DNA of 64,000 bases. Source: the human T2T-CHM13v2.0 reference genome, Homo sapiens. The stretch's first letter is position 1; every line of letters begins with the position of its first letter. The DNA lies in assembly GCF_009914755.1 (NCBI RefSeq), contig NC_060934.1. One strand, given 5' to 3'. The notes under the pieces are model-generated. The model was not told the origin of the DNA. It did not search any database and saw nothing but the letters and a program-made list of their open reading frames with translations. A program made the position numbers and the translations under genes. This document shows, in pieces, positions 15,417-30,116 of this stretch.

Positions 15417-15932
15417 CTTTGAATCTCTGGGACATTGTCACAGGACTGTGGGGCGTTTAAGCCCAGAAAGAATTGTCTGAGATTATTAAAGGAAGGAGTC
15501 CCGCATTCATGGTGACTCAACCTGTTAGCAGTTCCTTTCTTCTGGGATCCAGCCTGTTGCGGCCTCTTTAGTATCAGCAGTGGCTGTGCAGAACATTGCC
15601 AAGCCCTTAGCAACCTATTCAGCAGCTCTGTGGGGATGGCTGGGGAGCCCCAGGTTTGCAAATGCAACGGCGAGTCAGCCTGGAAAGTCGGCACCACGGT
15701 GCCCTCTCCCTGCCAGGCTCCTTCCAAGAAATTCCCAGCTACCCTGCTGTTTATTAAACAGCTCAGTAAAGAAAGCACAGGGGGCAAAACAGCCATCCTA
15801 CATGAGCAGAAGGCATTCACAAGTTGCCAGAGTGATTTTGTCTGAGTGTTCGGCCTGGAGGTGGCTGAAAGAGCAATAATGAAACAGAATGGGCGGTCCG
15901 AGCGGACATGAAACAGCGATTACACGGTAGGT
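15417..15932. promoter_or_regulatory. Candidate internal promoter / alternative first exon region
   Basis: Repeat-free CpG cluster with GGGCGG, plus-strand donor ACG|GTAGGT (15927) and minus-strand donor AAG|GTAAGT (15416); inference from motifs only. Confidence 0.3.
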
Positions 15933-17291
15933 ATTTCTTTGTAGTTAGGCACTCTCTTTGCCAGCATGAAACTCAACTTGAACTTACTCAACAGTTTAAA
16001 GTCAGGGATTCCAGAGACTTAGCTTTGGAAAACACGTGAAGAAATGTTCGGGGGCAATGCTGAAATTTACAAGGCTGATGCGAAAGATCGCATGTGTGAA
16101 TGGAAATGCTTTATCATTATGGATTTATCTTCTAATGATGCATGCTTGTAAAGCAGTATCCTGAAGCAATGGCGATATTAAAATACATAAAAAATTATCA
16201 ATAATTTTATACACACACACATCCAAAATCAGCTACATTTTTACAGATTAGCTATTTAACTGGTCAAGGGCAGTTAGGCTTAATTAATGTGAACTTAGCC
16301 ACTAAAGTTAATAAATTCTCCCATGGGAGCTATGAATCGAGAGGGTGAAAGGAAGTTGTCTATTTAATAGCTAATTAAATCACTAGTGTTTTCCGACAGT
16401 ATCATTTTCTGGGTTTTGCAAGCTAACAAGGAAGCATCACTTTGATTTTTTTTTTAAATCGAGAAGATTTAAGACAATTTTTGCTCTGTAAAGCAACAAA
16501 AAAAATAATTCATATAGACTTCATGGAAGATTTGTTTGTTTGTTTTTAAAAAAACCTTAACTATTATAAGTATTTCCCTAGTTGCCTGTAATCTAAAAAG
16601 TCAAGACATTTGCTATTGGATTAACAATGCTTTGACCGACTAACATACTGATTTTGAGTTATTATTTCAGCTAAGATGAAAGAAAGTTTCATAAAGAAGG
16701 CAGTGAAAACCCAGGATCCCTGGCCCCCAGGGTGGTTTTGTGGTAATGAGTTAAGAGGTTAGGGAGCTTTAATCAGTGACTTTGGCATCTTTACTCAATA
16801 TATGAAAGAATTACGAAGGTTCCTTAGGTACTGAACTTCCTCCCAAGGAGGGAGCTTAAAACTCAAAAACTTAAGGATTTAAGTGCATTGATTAAAATTC
16901 AGTTGTGAGAGAAGGGAGAATTCTTGTTTGAGAATTCCCTGCAAAATCATTTGATAATCACTATAAGACTTTCTTACAACACTTTATGGAGGTAAATTTA
17001 AACATAGTAAAGTGAAAAAATCTAAGGCAAAAAATGTGATGACTTTTATACATATGCTTACAACCACGTGACTACCACACAGTTCCGTGTTCCTCAGCTG
17101 AGTGCGATTCTAGTCTTTAAGAGAAGGTTTTTGTTCTGCTTGTTTTTTTTTTTTTTCTTTTTAACAGCCTGGCACTTAAAGTGGGCCAAATATTTCACCA
17201 GGTATAGTCAGCTGTAGAACTAGTGATCTTGTCCAATGCTGTAAGAAAAATAGGCTGTGATTAAACTTGTTAAGTAATAATGGTTTACTGG

Positions 17292-17688
<397 letters not shown>

Positions 17689-20039
17689 TTACTCCTTCCT
17701 AAGATAGGATTCCCCTATAGTCTCAGAACAAAGGATAGTTCTTTGAATAGTATATTTCAGCCTTAGGGAATCACATTTTAGTACTTCATTTTATAGTGGG
17801 TGGATGAAAATTTCATTATGGGTGTTCATCAATTCTCATAATTTAAAATCGTAAATTAAAAATCACTAACTTAAAAGGGTTTAATGTCTCCATTGTGGAA
17901 GGCATTTGGGATCTTGGCATTTGAGTTAGTTTCCTGACCCAAAGGCTCAGACAGTGGAAGTATCATTTCCCTAGTCTCCAGCATTCTTTAAAAACAGAAT
18001 TACAAGAGATAATATATGCAGTGCCTGGCACACAGCAGTGGGGAGAGCAAATGTAAACTCTTTCCTCTTTCCTCACAATCCTTCTCCTCCTTGATTCCAC
18101 TTCTAAATGTCACAGCTGAGTACTGGTAGCTGTGAATAGATCAAGAGATGTCAGACAGTGGAGACAGGTGAATCTTGAGTTAAGGCGGAGATGAGGGTGA
18201 GGTGTTGGTGGAGAACATAGGTAGGTTCAGGGTCTAGAAGGTGAGTTGGTCTGGTGTCCTGAAATATAAACCTTGTTGACAAACACAGGCAAGAGAAGGT
18301 CCAAGTGATGAGAGTTGATGTTAAGGACCAGTGGATATTGGGAAACAGTTGAGCAATGGCTATTAGTTGAGCACAATCATTCCATTCAATTCAACAAACA
18401 TTTATGGAGTCCTTTCTATGTGCAACTAAATGCTCTAAGATTTCTGAGTTAGGAACAGCCTAGCATGTGGCAAGTATAATTGATGGCTGATTGCCGACCT
18501 TGGGCAAAGACAATCAATCTCTGCTCTGGCTTGAGTAATCTGGTTTGGGTAGATAAGGATCACAGTGAGCACTGTGTTGGGGGAGGGTGTAGAGTGGGGG
18601 GTGACACATTTCTGCATGTGCTGATGGTTGCAACCAAAGACAGGGCTTCTGAGAGACCTACGTTGTAAATGTTCCATCTTGTTGGGCTGTTCCCATTTGT
18701 ATCTGTCTCCCTCTGGTGCTAGATTTTTTTGGTTTTATGTGTTTCTAAAACAGAATCCGGTCAATTCCCTCTGAGGTCTTCAACTGGAGTTTGAGTTGGG
18801 AGGGCCATGCTGTGTAGGGTTTGGAGCCACGTGGGGCCTGCCAGCCCTATTAAGTTGCATTCTTTTGAAGTGTGTATCTCCCCTTGCACCAGCCCTGTTC
18901 CCCACCTGTGAAGCAGCTTTTGACTTCCATATATTATGGAATATTATGCACATAAGAGAAAAGAGCTTCATTTTATTTTCTGTTTTTTTCCATACTTCAT
19001 CAACAATTAACCATGTTAGAAAAAGTAGAGCTGAAATAATCCCATCAGGAATTGGCACTGGGTTTCTGGAAAACTTAGTCCTAACCACCTCTTTTATTTA
19101 GTGTGTTTGTCTAGGAATTGAGAAAAGCTTGAGTGTTGGTTTATCTTATGTTTCCAACTAAGAGTAATTTCATAAATACTAGAAACCTTGCAGGGAAAAA
19201 ACCTATTTTCATAAAATGATTAATGCACTAGGCAAGGGAAATTTGAATGAGGCACTAAGCAAGAGAAATTTGAATGAGTGGAAACTAGAATTGGGCTCCT
19301 TGATCTTTTTCTGCATGCAGCACTTTTTTTTATTTGGAAGCAATCCCCAAAGTTTGGAAATCTGTTTAGGTTATGAAACCCAGTATTCAGATGACTGTCA
19401 CATCTTCATTAAACAAAACAAAACACAATTTTGTGCCTTCTGAACTGAAGAGTTCCCTCTATGTTGTAGGGGATGTGATGGGCTCTCCAGCCTATGAATA
19501 TAGGATCTAACTGCACACACCCCTTTATGCTGAGAGGCCTCCCAGTTATAAGGCTGATGTTGTTTTTTATGACAAGAAACTATTTGCAAAATTTGATTTA
19601 GGAACCAATTAGCTAAATTTAAGATTATGAAAATGAACCAGAAAGAGAAGCCTCTGATAAACAACTTCGGCTATTGGGAGGCGGACCCCTCACATCCCAT
19701 GGGGCCTCCAATCAGAGGCCTCGAGAGAATCGCTAGGAAGCCTGAAAGTGGGTGAGGCCTGGGCCACTGGAGACTGCTCCTGGCCCCTGGCCTTCTTCCA
19801 CTTTGGGAGAGACCATCCTGTCCTGGAAACGTGCTCCGTGGTGACACCACGGCGCAGGGTTGGCCTTCTGGAGTCCATGTCTCTGGAAGCCGCATCCACA
19901 TCCCGCTTCCTGGTCCACACTGAGTGAGGCTGGGAGAGGGTTTCCAGGGGCACTTCCGTTTCAGCTTGTTTCTATTTTAATGCCTGGAGACAATTAAAGA
20001 CCAATGTCTGGTGCCAGTATTTTTTTTTTTTTCCCACAG

Positions 20040-20348
20040 TTCACGCTATTCTTAGAAACAGTTGAGCCAGTGGCGGTGGAGTCTGAAGGCTCTGGAATCT
20101 TTTCCTTCGTGTGGCAGCAACTTATTTTTCCTGCGGAGGCTCGGTGGTGCTTTTCTTGGGCTCAGGATTGCGGCTTGGATGGCTCATTCCCTGGGAGTGC
20201 ACACACTGAGCCCTTTGGAAAGGCAGCAGCAGGACAAGGATCAGTGGCAGGCAAAGAGGCAAAAAAAGCAGGACCCGGGTTCCATAGGCAACTGCTTTAT
20301 TTACAGTTCCAAAAACGGTGCTTGTTCAACTATCCTGAACTTTTGTAG
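20040..20348 (+). other. Candidate alternative terminal exon (102 open codons in phase 0 after a strong acceptor)
   Basis: T13-CCCACAG acceptor (AG 20038-20039) followed in frame by FTLFLETVEP...NYPELL*; AATAAA at 20752 and 20821. No recognisable domain. Confidence 0.3.
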
Positions 20349-20759
20349 AAGTTCAAACTTGGAAATTGTAGTGATGAAATGAGAGCTGTGTTTTAAAAAT
20401 TACTTTTAACTGTCTATGAAGCAAGTCTACATTTTGGCAAAATGGGCTGCTTTTAATCTGGTCACGTGGGATTTAAAAAAAGATTTAATTCAGCTGGATT
20501 TTGCAAAGCCCTTGCATTGTATGACATGAGGTTATTTAAGGTATAGTTTTGTCTTCAAAGAGAAGAAATAAGACACACGCATGGATTTTTAGAGTAAAAA
20601 TAACGAGAGAATGTTATTACCCAAGAGCATATATTAGCTCACTTGCAGTGATGTTGAACTGGGAACATTCCAGAAGGATTCCACGTGAAGCAGTGTTTGC
20701 ATTTGTATGTTTGAAATGCTCCATAACAAAATTGAAAAACTGTAAGAGCAAAATAAATA

Positions 20760-21910
20760 ATAATACGGATTATGAAGTAATTAAAATGAAGCAGAGAAAA
20801 AACCTGTAGGATGCAGCCTAAATAAATGATACTTTAAATCAAGCTTATCCAACCCGTGTCTTGTAGGCCACAATGTGGCCTAGGACATATTTGAATGCGG
20901 CCCAACACAAATTCGTAAACTTTCTTAAAATATTGTGAGACTTTTTTTTTTTTTTTAGTTCATCAGCTATCATTAGTGTTAGTGTATTTTACGTGTGGCC
21001 CAAGACAATTCTTCTTCTTCTGATGTGGCCCAGGGAAGCCAAAAGACTGGCCACCTCTGGTTCAAATAAACATTTACAGCCTCAGTCACATATATTAGAA
21101 AATGAAAAAGACTGAAAAATTTGCCAGCTACTTGCTTGACACAGTACAACAGAAAAACAACAGCAAAGCAAGCAGAAAGAAGGCAGAAGAAGGAAGGAAA
21201 CCATAAAGATAAGGAGAGCAATTAATGAGCTAGAAAACAAAGTAATAATGCAGAAATCAACCCAACTAAAAGCCGGTTCCTTGAAAAGAGTGATAAAGCC
21301 ATCTCTGGCAAGAATGACCAAGGACGAGAGAAGAAAAAGCATGAAAAAGAAACAGAGCATAACTACTGATGGAGATTTTAAAGCCTGTAAGAGAATACTA
21401 TGGACAAGTTCCTGACAATACATTTGGAAACAGAGAAATCAGACAATCTCCTAGAAAAATATTAATTACAAAAACTGATGAAAGAAAAAGCTGGAATATA
21501 CCTATAATCAACAAAAGAAGTGAATCAAGTTAATAATCTACAGCCTTCCTTCCCCGGATGCCTCCCTCTCCAAAAAACAGGCCAGACACAGCCAAGTTTA
21601 CAAAATCTTCAAAGAACAGATAAGCACTACTTTGTATAAACTTTTTCAAAGAATAGAAAAAGGACAACTTCCCACATCATTTTGTATGCATAACCTTGAT
21701 AATAAAACTGAACAAATAAAATAGAGTGTAGCAAAATTATAGGTCATTGTTAATTATGAAATGAGTGTAATGATCTTAAATAAAATATTAGTAAACCAAA
21801 TCTATCAAAATATTTAAATAATACATTTTTGACCAGTTAGTGTTTATCCTAATGTGGCAGGATGGTTTACATTAGGAAATCTTTTTAATGTAATTCACCA
21901 CATCTGTACG
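20760..21910 (+). mobile_element. Ancient L1 (L1M-type) ORF2-region fragment
   Basis: A-rich strand with L1-like phrases (GAAATCAACCCAACTAAAAGCCGGTTCCTTGAAAAG, GACAATCTCCTAGAAAAAT, TAATTCACCACATC); no open frame. Confidence 0.75.
20840..21059 (-). mobile_element. MER30-type hAT-Charlie element nested in L1
   Basis: TTTGAATGCGGCCCAACACAAATTCGTAAACTTTCTTAAAA and GTGTGGCCCAAGACAATTCTTCTTC match the recalled MER30. Confidence 0.85.
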
Positions 21911-22270
21911 TTTAAAGATGTTCAAATGTTACTATATATTGCTTACAGTTTTATGTCTGTAAAATATAAAAATATAGTCAATTACTGTCTATCTCTGGTG
22001 ATGGAGAGTAAACAATGAAATGGGGATGCTTTAGCTGGCACTAAAATATTTTCTTTCTCAAAAAATAAAAAGGTAACTAAAGGAAAGATAGTGTTAAGGA
22101 TAATACTTCTTAGATCTAGTGGATGAACCCCTTGGTCATTGTCATTGTTTTCATTTCTTCTGAATTGCTGAGATATTACACAACTAAACATATTTGAGAA
22201 AAAAAGAGAAAAGGGCAAAATCTGGAACTTAGATTATATCTAGCACTGTTCTATTGATATATTTCATTTA

Positions 22271-22482
<212 letters not shown>

Positions 22483-24821
22483 TTAATTAATCTCCAGCCC
22501 TACCGTTATTGATGTGTCTCCATCCAGTGTTTGCCAAAACTAAAATTGATTCACTGGCACCTTTCTGTCTGTCCCTTCCAACTCTCTCCTCACCCGCAAG
22601 CCAAGAATGTTGCCAGCCAAAGTTCTGCAATTGACAGGTTTGTTGGTAATGGTGGGTCTGGGGTATTTTTCTGCTCCCGCCCGCTAGTGTGGACTCAGAC
22701 CCTGGGTCCACCTTCACACTGACTTTCTTAGGACTTAGGAGGGAGAAATACCCTCAACCTTGGGGCTAATGATGTGACCCTTGCTCAGCGACTCTAAAAC
22801 CGCAAATACTCTTCTAGCCAAGGTCAGAGGTCAGCTACCCATGGGGGACAGGAGGGCAGCAGAATGGACACCATAATTGGATAAATCTGTTAAATTTTCA
22901 TATTCCCCATTTATTTGCTGTTCATTTAGGCAACATCTGCTCTCTGTTTCTCAGCCTATTCACAATTGTGAATTTACAATTCACAGCCTATTACCACTAT
23001 CATCCCCAAGTCTCTCCGCGTTTAATAGTTCAACACACACTTACTCAGGGTACCGAGGTCCAGATATGAGGGCTGGCACTGAAAATTTCATGGAGAGTAA
23101 GACCTATGCCTAGCCCTGGCGAAGATTTCTCTTTTATGGGTGAGAAAGACGCACACTGGAGGTAGAAACCATCTGAGCTACTTTGTTCTTTAGACGTTTC
23201 TGGTTTATGTTCTTTTTACATCTTAGTTCAATTCCAGCTTTCTTGTGAAGATTTCCCAGATTTGTCTCCTCTGGGTTCAAATATACATATCCATGTTGTT
23301 ACCAGGCATTAGATCTGGCACTTAGCCCCTCCCTGCATTGTCTGGGGAAAGACCACAGACATAGACAAAATAACCTGGGTCTGGTCCCTGATCCATCTTC
23401 TTAGCCGTGTGATTTTCCTTCAACTCTCAAATCCTCTGTCCTTTCCTTTGTCAAAGGAGGGTAATCCCCATGCCTCACAGAGCTGTCATGAGTATTCCAT
23501 GAGATAATGTATAAGGCGACCAGCCTGGGGTCTGTCTTACCCATAGTCACTCATTAATTATTGGTTTCTGCCTTATTTTTTTCATATCTTTATTTCTTCT
23601 TCATCTATCAAAGAGTTAGTCTATCAACTCTAATTTCTCAACTGCCTCTAAGATGCTTAGATTCTGATATATTGTTCTTTGATTATTAGAAAACTAGTTA
23701 TCGCCTATGTATATTTTATTTTCTGAGCATGATTGTAAGTTTCTTGAGAGTTCTTATAATTTTGGCATCCTCGCTGTGCTCCAGGCAGTGAGGTCTCTCT
23801 GTGTATATCACTCATCTATGTGTCATCTCTATGTCTGTTTGTCCTGTTTTCCATTACTAACGCAGACTCCTTGAGAGTATAAATTATAAAACTTCCTGGC
23901 CATATTTCTTCAGTGTTTGCTACATTGTTGTACAAAGGGGAGTTTGAGAAACATTCAGAGTGGTCGGGAATGACAAGCCGTCTTCCACCATAGGCCCAGC
24001 TTTCTTTAAACACTATTTCTAGAATTACTTATATTCAGAATAATTAATCTTCCATTGAAGCACTCAGTTAGAGTACAATGTTCCTCAGATATCCTGTTCT
24101 GATAATAGCATGATTCCAAGTTGTCGTCATTTTATTCGTTTGATTGATCCTTGGAGCGTGTACCCATGAACTGTTTATGGCAAGTAATTGAATTTCAAAT
24201 CTTATCTCTCTATTATAATCTGATATGCATTCCTACTGTGCTTTGGTTCCAAATATAATAAAAATCACATTTCTGAAATCCAAATTTTACCTCCAGGGAT
24301 CTTTCTGCTCTTGTTAATGAACAGTTTATGTACACTGAACTCTCTGAAAGAGTTTAGTCAAACAGTCCTCAACCCTTCCACTCTTTGAAAACTCATTATT
24401 AATACATACTAATACCTAAACAAACAGCAAGTCCTTTGTCATGAGAAACACTCCCCCAGGCCGAAGGAGTTTAATATTTAGAAAATGACACTCACTCTGT
24501 CATTCTTCAGAGAACTTACTTCTATCAGTAAACATATATTCAGTTATTATTTTCCCAGAGAGCAAATATGACTAAGGTATTACAGCATTTCCTTGTTGGT
24601 GCTCAAACAGTCAAAGTACTGCCTCTTTAAGTGGGATCTTATCCCCCAAGTTAACAATTTAGTTAATAAGTGTTTAGTTTGAACCTCTTCTAACACTTAA
24701 CACCTTGACTCAAGTAGGCCCTTGGTCCCTGGTTGTCTCAAGGATCTGTCTGAAGACTTTCAAAAATCTAAGTTTAGTAACATTATTACTATAGCACAAA
24801 ATCAGTCTCTCTCTCTCTCTT

Positions 24822-25165
<344 letters not shown>

Positions 25166-25196
25166 TGAAAACAAAAAACAAAAAACCTAAAAGTTT

Positions 25197-25505
<309 letters not shown>

Positions 25506-25980
25506 CCCTAAAAGTTTGTTTTATAAGTAATGAAAGTGTATATTACATCTCTGAATAGACTTTAAACCACTTGGCTTGCTTGCATCAAGGACTAACTCTG
25601 AATTATCTGGTTTCTAATGGCTATAATTGATAGCTTGAAAAAATTGTGGTTCTTCTGGGTGCAGTGTGGGTATGTGTTTCAACATGTTAAAATAAATGAC
25701 TTTGTTGTATAACAGCTTCTGGATTTGTTTGAGATATTAAAGATTAATTTATGTAACCTAATGAAGCATGCTGAGCTCCAGGTTCCTTAAAACAGAAGTG
25801 AGGCCTATGTATAAGAAAAAAAGAAGGAAAAATCCTGATTCACCCCTGTCTCCCAGCCCTCCCTATTCTTACGGCCTGAGCATTTCTTCCCTAGGATGGA
25901 GGGGCCTTGACACTTGAGGTGTCTGTGCCCTTTGGGCTGTGAATTGTCTGTCCCGAGCACACATTTTAAATCCTTTGTTT

Positions 25981-26239
<259 letters not shown>

Positions 26240-26539
26240 TTAATTTGAGCATTCAAGATATGCATCAAAGTGGCCCTACCCTTTGACTGGGGTTCTGCCT
26301 TCTTTGTGATTTCTTGGCCGTGTGTTTCTCCACTCATAGCCTCTAGTTTTGATTGAGAGTAAGCTTGTTCCTTGTGGGGAGAGGGGACACCCCTCTAGTG
26401 ACTGTTAATTCATTAGTGGGAACTTATATCCCATTTGCTCATTTTCAGTAAGTTTCTGAAATGGGGGCGTGATCACTGGTGGCATGCTCTCCTGATCAGT
26501 ACTGAGTTAAGCATAATCTTAGAAGTAGTAATAGCAATA

Positions 26540-27150
<611 letters not shown>

Positions 27151-27652
27151 ATCATTTTATCATATGTAATGCACAATGTATCCTAGTTGGAAAAATGTTC
27201 ATGCGATAGAAATGCAGCTGATAACCCCCTTAACTCCCCTGTCTTATATCAGTCATCTCCCAAAGTTCTTAGGAGATTCCCAGATCTTTGTTTTTATGCA
27301 TTTGTGGTATGTGTATATATAACATGATTTCCTTCTGTGAGATTTGAAAAATATAAAAATATAAACCATATCACATCATATGTTTTAATCTGTAACTAAC
27401 ATTTTAAGAAAAATATAACAATATATTTTAGAGACTTTTTTCAGTTCAATACAAAGGTTGTGCTTTATTCTTTCAAAACGGTTGCATGGTATCCTATATT
27501 ATGGATGTACCCTATAATATTCAATCATCTCGCTGGTGTCCTATCGTGATTAGATTTTTTTGTAGTACAAACTGATTGATGTCTGTTTCGCCTGTTCTCA
27601 ACTTCCAGGATTAGAGAAACACAATTAGAACTTTAGAAAATTGCCTATACAA

Positions 27653-27957
27653 GGCTGGGCGTGGTGGCTCACGCCTGTAATCCCAGCACTTTGGGAGGCC
27701 AAGGCAGGCGGATCACAAGATCAGGAGATCAAGACCATCCTGGCTAACACGGTGAAACCCTGTCTCCACTAAAAATACAAAAAATTAGCCAGACGTGGTG
27801 GCACATGCCTGTAATCTCAGCTACTTAGGAGGCTGAGGCAGGAGAATCACTTGAACCCAGTGGGGTGGAGGTTGTGGTGAGCTGAGATTGCACCACTGCA
27901 CTCCAGCCTGGGTGACAGAGCAAGACTCCATCTCAAAAACAAAACAAAACAAAACAA
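27653..27957 (+). mobile_element. Alu (AluSc8/Y-like)
   Basis: CCATCCTGGCTAACACGGTGAAACCC; TSD AGAAAATTGCCTATACA (27635-27651, 27958-27974). Confidence 0.95.
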
Positions 27958-28287
27958 AGAAAATTGCCTATACAGGTGGTGTTTGATTTTTTTAAAAAAT
28001 GCTTGCCCCTTAATGTCCTGGGGTTCATTGGAGGATACAGCGCATCTGGCCCAATGTGAGGTCATATCACCCCAGTGAGGGCAAGTCCCTCTTCCTTGAT
28101 AAAATGCTCACTGGTTTCTTTTGCTTTGAGGAGAAAAATGACCTGGGAAGGAAATTTCCTTTAATATTCCAGTTTTAGTCACCCCTGAACACTGGCCAGC
28201 GACCTTCTTCCTATGTGAACCATTGCGGCTAGAGAGAAAAACCCGATTGCTTCCTTGCTTCCTGTGGATGTATACACACACACACAC

Positions 28288-28810
28288 AGTGAGACCCTGT
28301 CTCTCCCTCTTTATATATATATATATATAGAGAGAGAGATCATACCATTATATCTATATCTATATATAGAGATATATAGCTCTCTCTATATATAGATTAT
28401 ACCACCATATATATATATATTTAGTGGTCTGTCTATAGTGGTGTGACAGATATAGGCATATCTATATCTATCTATCTATCTATAGTGGTGTGATCCATAT
28501 ATAAAGAGAGAGACAGGGTCTCACTCTGTGATCTTATATATCTAGATATATATCTCTCTATATATAATTAATTATATATTTAATAATATATTTATATATT
28601 TAATTATATAGAAATATATAATTAAATATATATTTTAATATTTATATAATTAATTATATATTAATTATATATAAATATATAATTAATTATATATTTAATT
28701 ATATATTTAATTATATATAAATATATAATTAATTATATATTTATATATAATTAAATATATATAATTAATTATATATAATCAAATATATATATATATAGAG
28801 AGAGAGAGAG
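28288..28810. repeat. AT-rich low-complexity tract with inverted repeat arms
   Basis: (TA)n/TAATTA tract ~28535-28800; inverted arms 28288-28318 and 28497-28525. Confidence 0.85.
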
Positions 28811-28933
28811 AATGCAGTGGTGTGATCATGGCTCACTGCAGCCTTGAACTTTCAGACTTAAGCAATCCTCCCACCTTGGCCTCATAAGCAGCTGGGACTT
28901 CAGATGCTTGCCACCCTGCTCAGCTAATATACA

Positions 28934-28964
<31 letters not shown>

Positions 28965-29091
28965 TGTAATTCTTGTAGATATGGGGTCTCCCTGTGTTGC
29001 CCAGGCTGGTCTCAAACTCCTGACCTCAAGTGATCTGCTGCCTTGGCCTCCCTCAGTGCTGGTATTACAGATGCGAGTCACCATGCCCGGC
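28508..29091 (-). mobile_element. AluJ-like element split by an AT-rich expansion
   Basis: GAGACAGGGTCTCACTCTG (28510-28528) resumes at ATGCAGTGGTGTGATCATGGCTCACTGCAGCC (~28812) and ends CCATGCCCGGC. Confidence 0.85.
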
Positions 29092-29752
29092 TCTCTTGTA
29101 GATATTTTACATTATGCTAAGAAAACTGGTTTTTAATCTTCCCCATCCAGTTTGTGAATAGTTCAGTAGCAGCATCAGTGGTTTCTCTACCTGTGGTTTC
29201 ACTGAAATGTGCATTAAGATCTTTGGCTTCCTTTGGATTCACATTTCTGTGGAAAATCATGGGTTTCGGCTCCACAGCTTCACACCAGAAATTCTCCATA
29301 TTTTCAACTTTTGCTAAAATTTTATCTCTCATCCAATGAACGATTTTCCCCCTAGCTGGACCCTTTATTAAAGTAGTTTTCTAAAACACTTTTCTTATAT
29401 CACTATAAAGAATAAGCTAGACTTCTTTATATGGTAGATCTGAGTTAACTGCAGAGGTTAACATCCTATCCTTCCAGGTGTCTAGAACTCCTTGTTAAGA
29501 CCCTTGACTTTCTTAGGTATCTTTAACTCCTTTAATTATCAGGAATACTAATAAAGTAGCAAATTTGGCCATTTGTCCTCAGTTGTAATTAGGATGGTTT
29601 CATTTGCTTTTATCCCTCTTCCTCAGGGCTTTGTCAATCTATGTAAAATACTTTCTAGCATCCTAGATTTGGTTATTTATTTTAGAGAACCATAGAATTT
29701 GAGAGATGGTCATTCTTTCAGCTGTCATTTAATATACATTAAAAAACCTGTG

Positions 29753-30116
29753 TGTATTAGTCCATTTTCACACTACTCTAATGATGATACCCAAGACTGG
29801 GTAATGTATAAAGGAAAGAAGTGTAATCGATTCACAATTCCACGTGGCTGGGGAGGCCTCAGGAAACTTGCAATCATGGCGGAAGGTGAAGGAAGGAAGC
29901 ACCTTCTTCACAAGGTGGCAGGAGAGACAGGAGCGAAGCGGGAAGAGCCCCTTATAAAACCATCAGATCTCATGAGAATTCACTTCGTATCACAAGAACA
30001 GCCTGGGGGAAAGTGCCCCCATCATCCAATCATTCCCCACCACATCCTTCCCTCGACATGTGGGGATTACAGTTGGAGATGAGATTTGGGTGGGGACGCA
30101 TAGCCAAACCATGTCA
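29753..30116 (-). mobile_element. THE1 (MaLR) solo LTR, THE1D-like
   Basis: TGTATTAGTCC...GCCAAACCATGTCA; imperfect 5-bp TSD CTGTG/CTATG. Confidence 0.9.
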
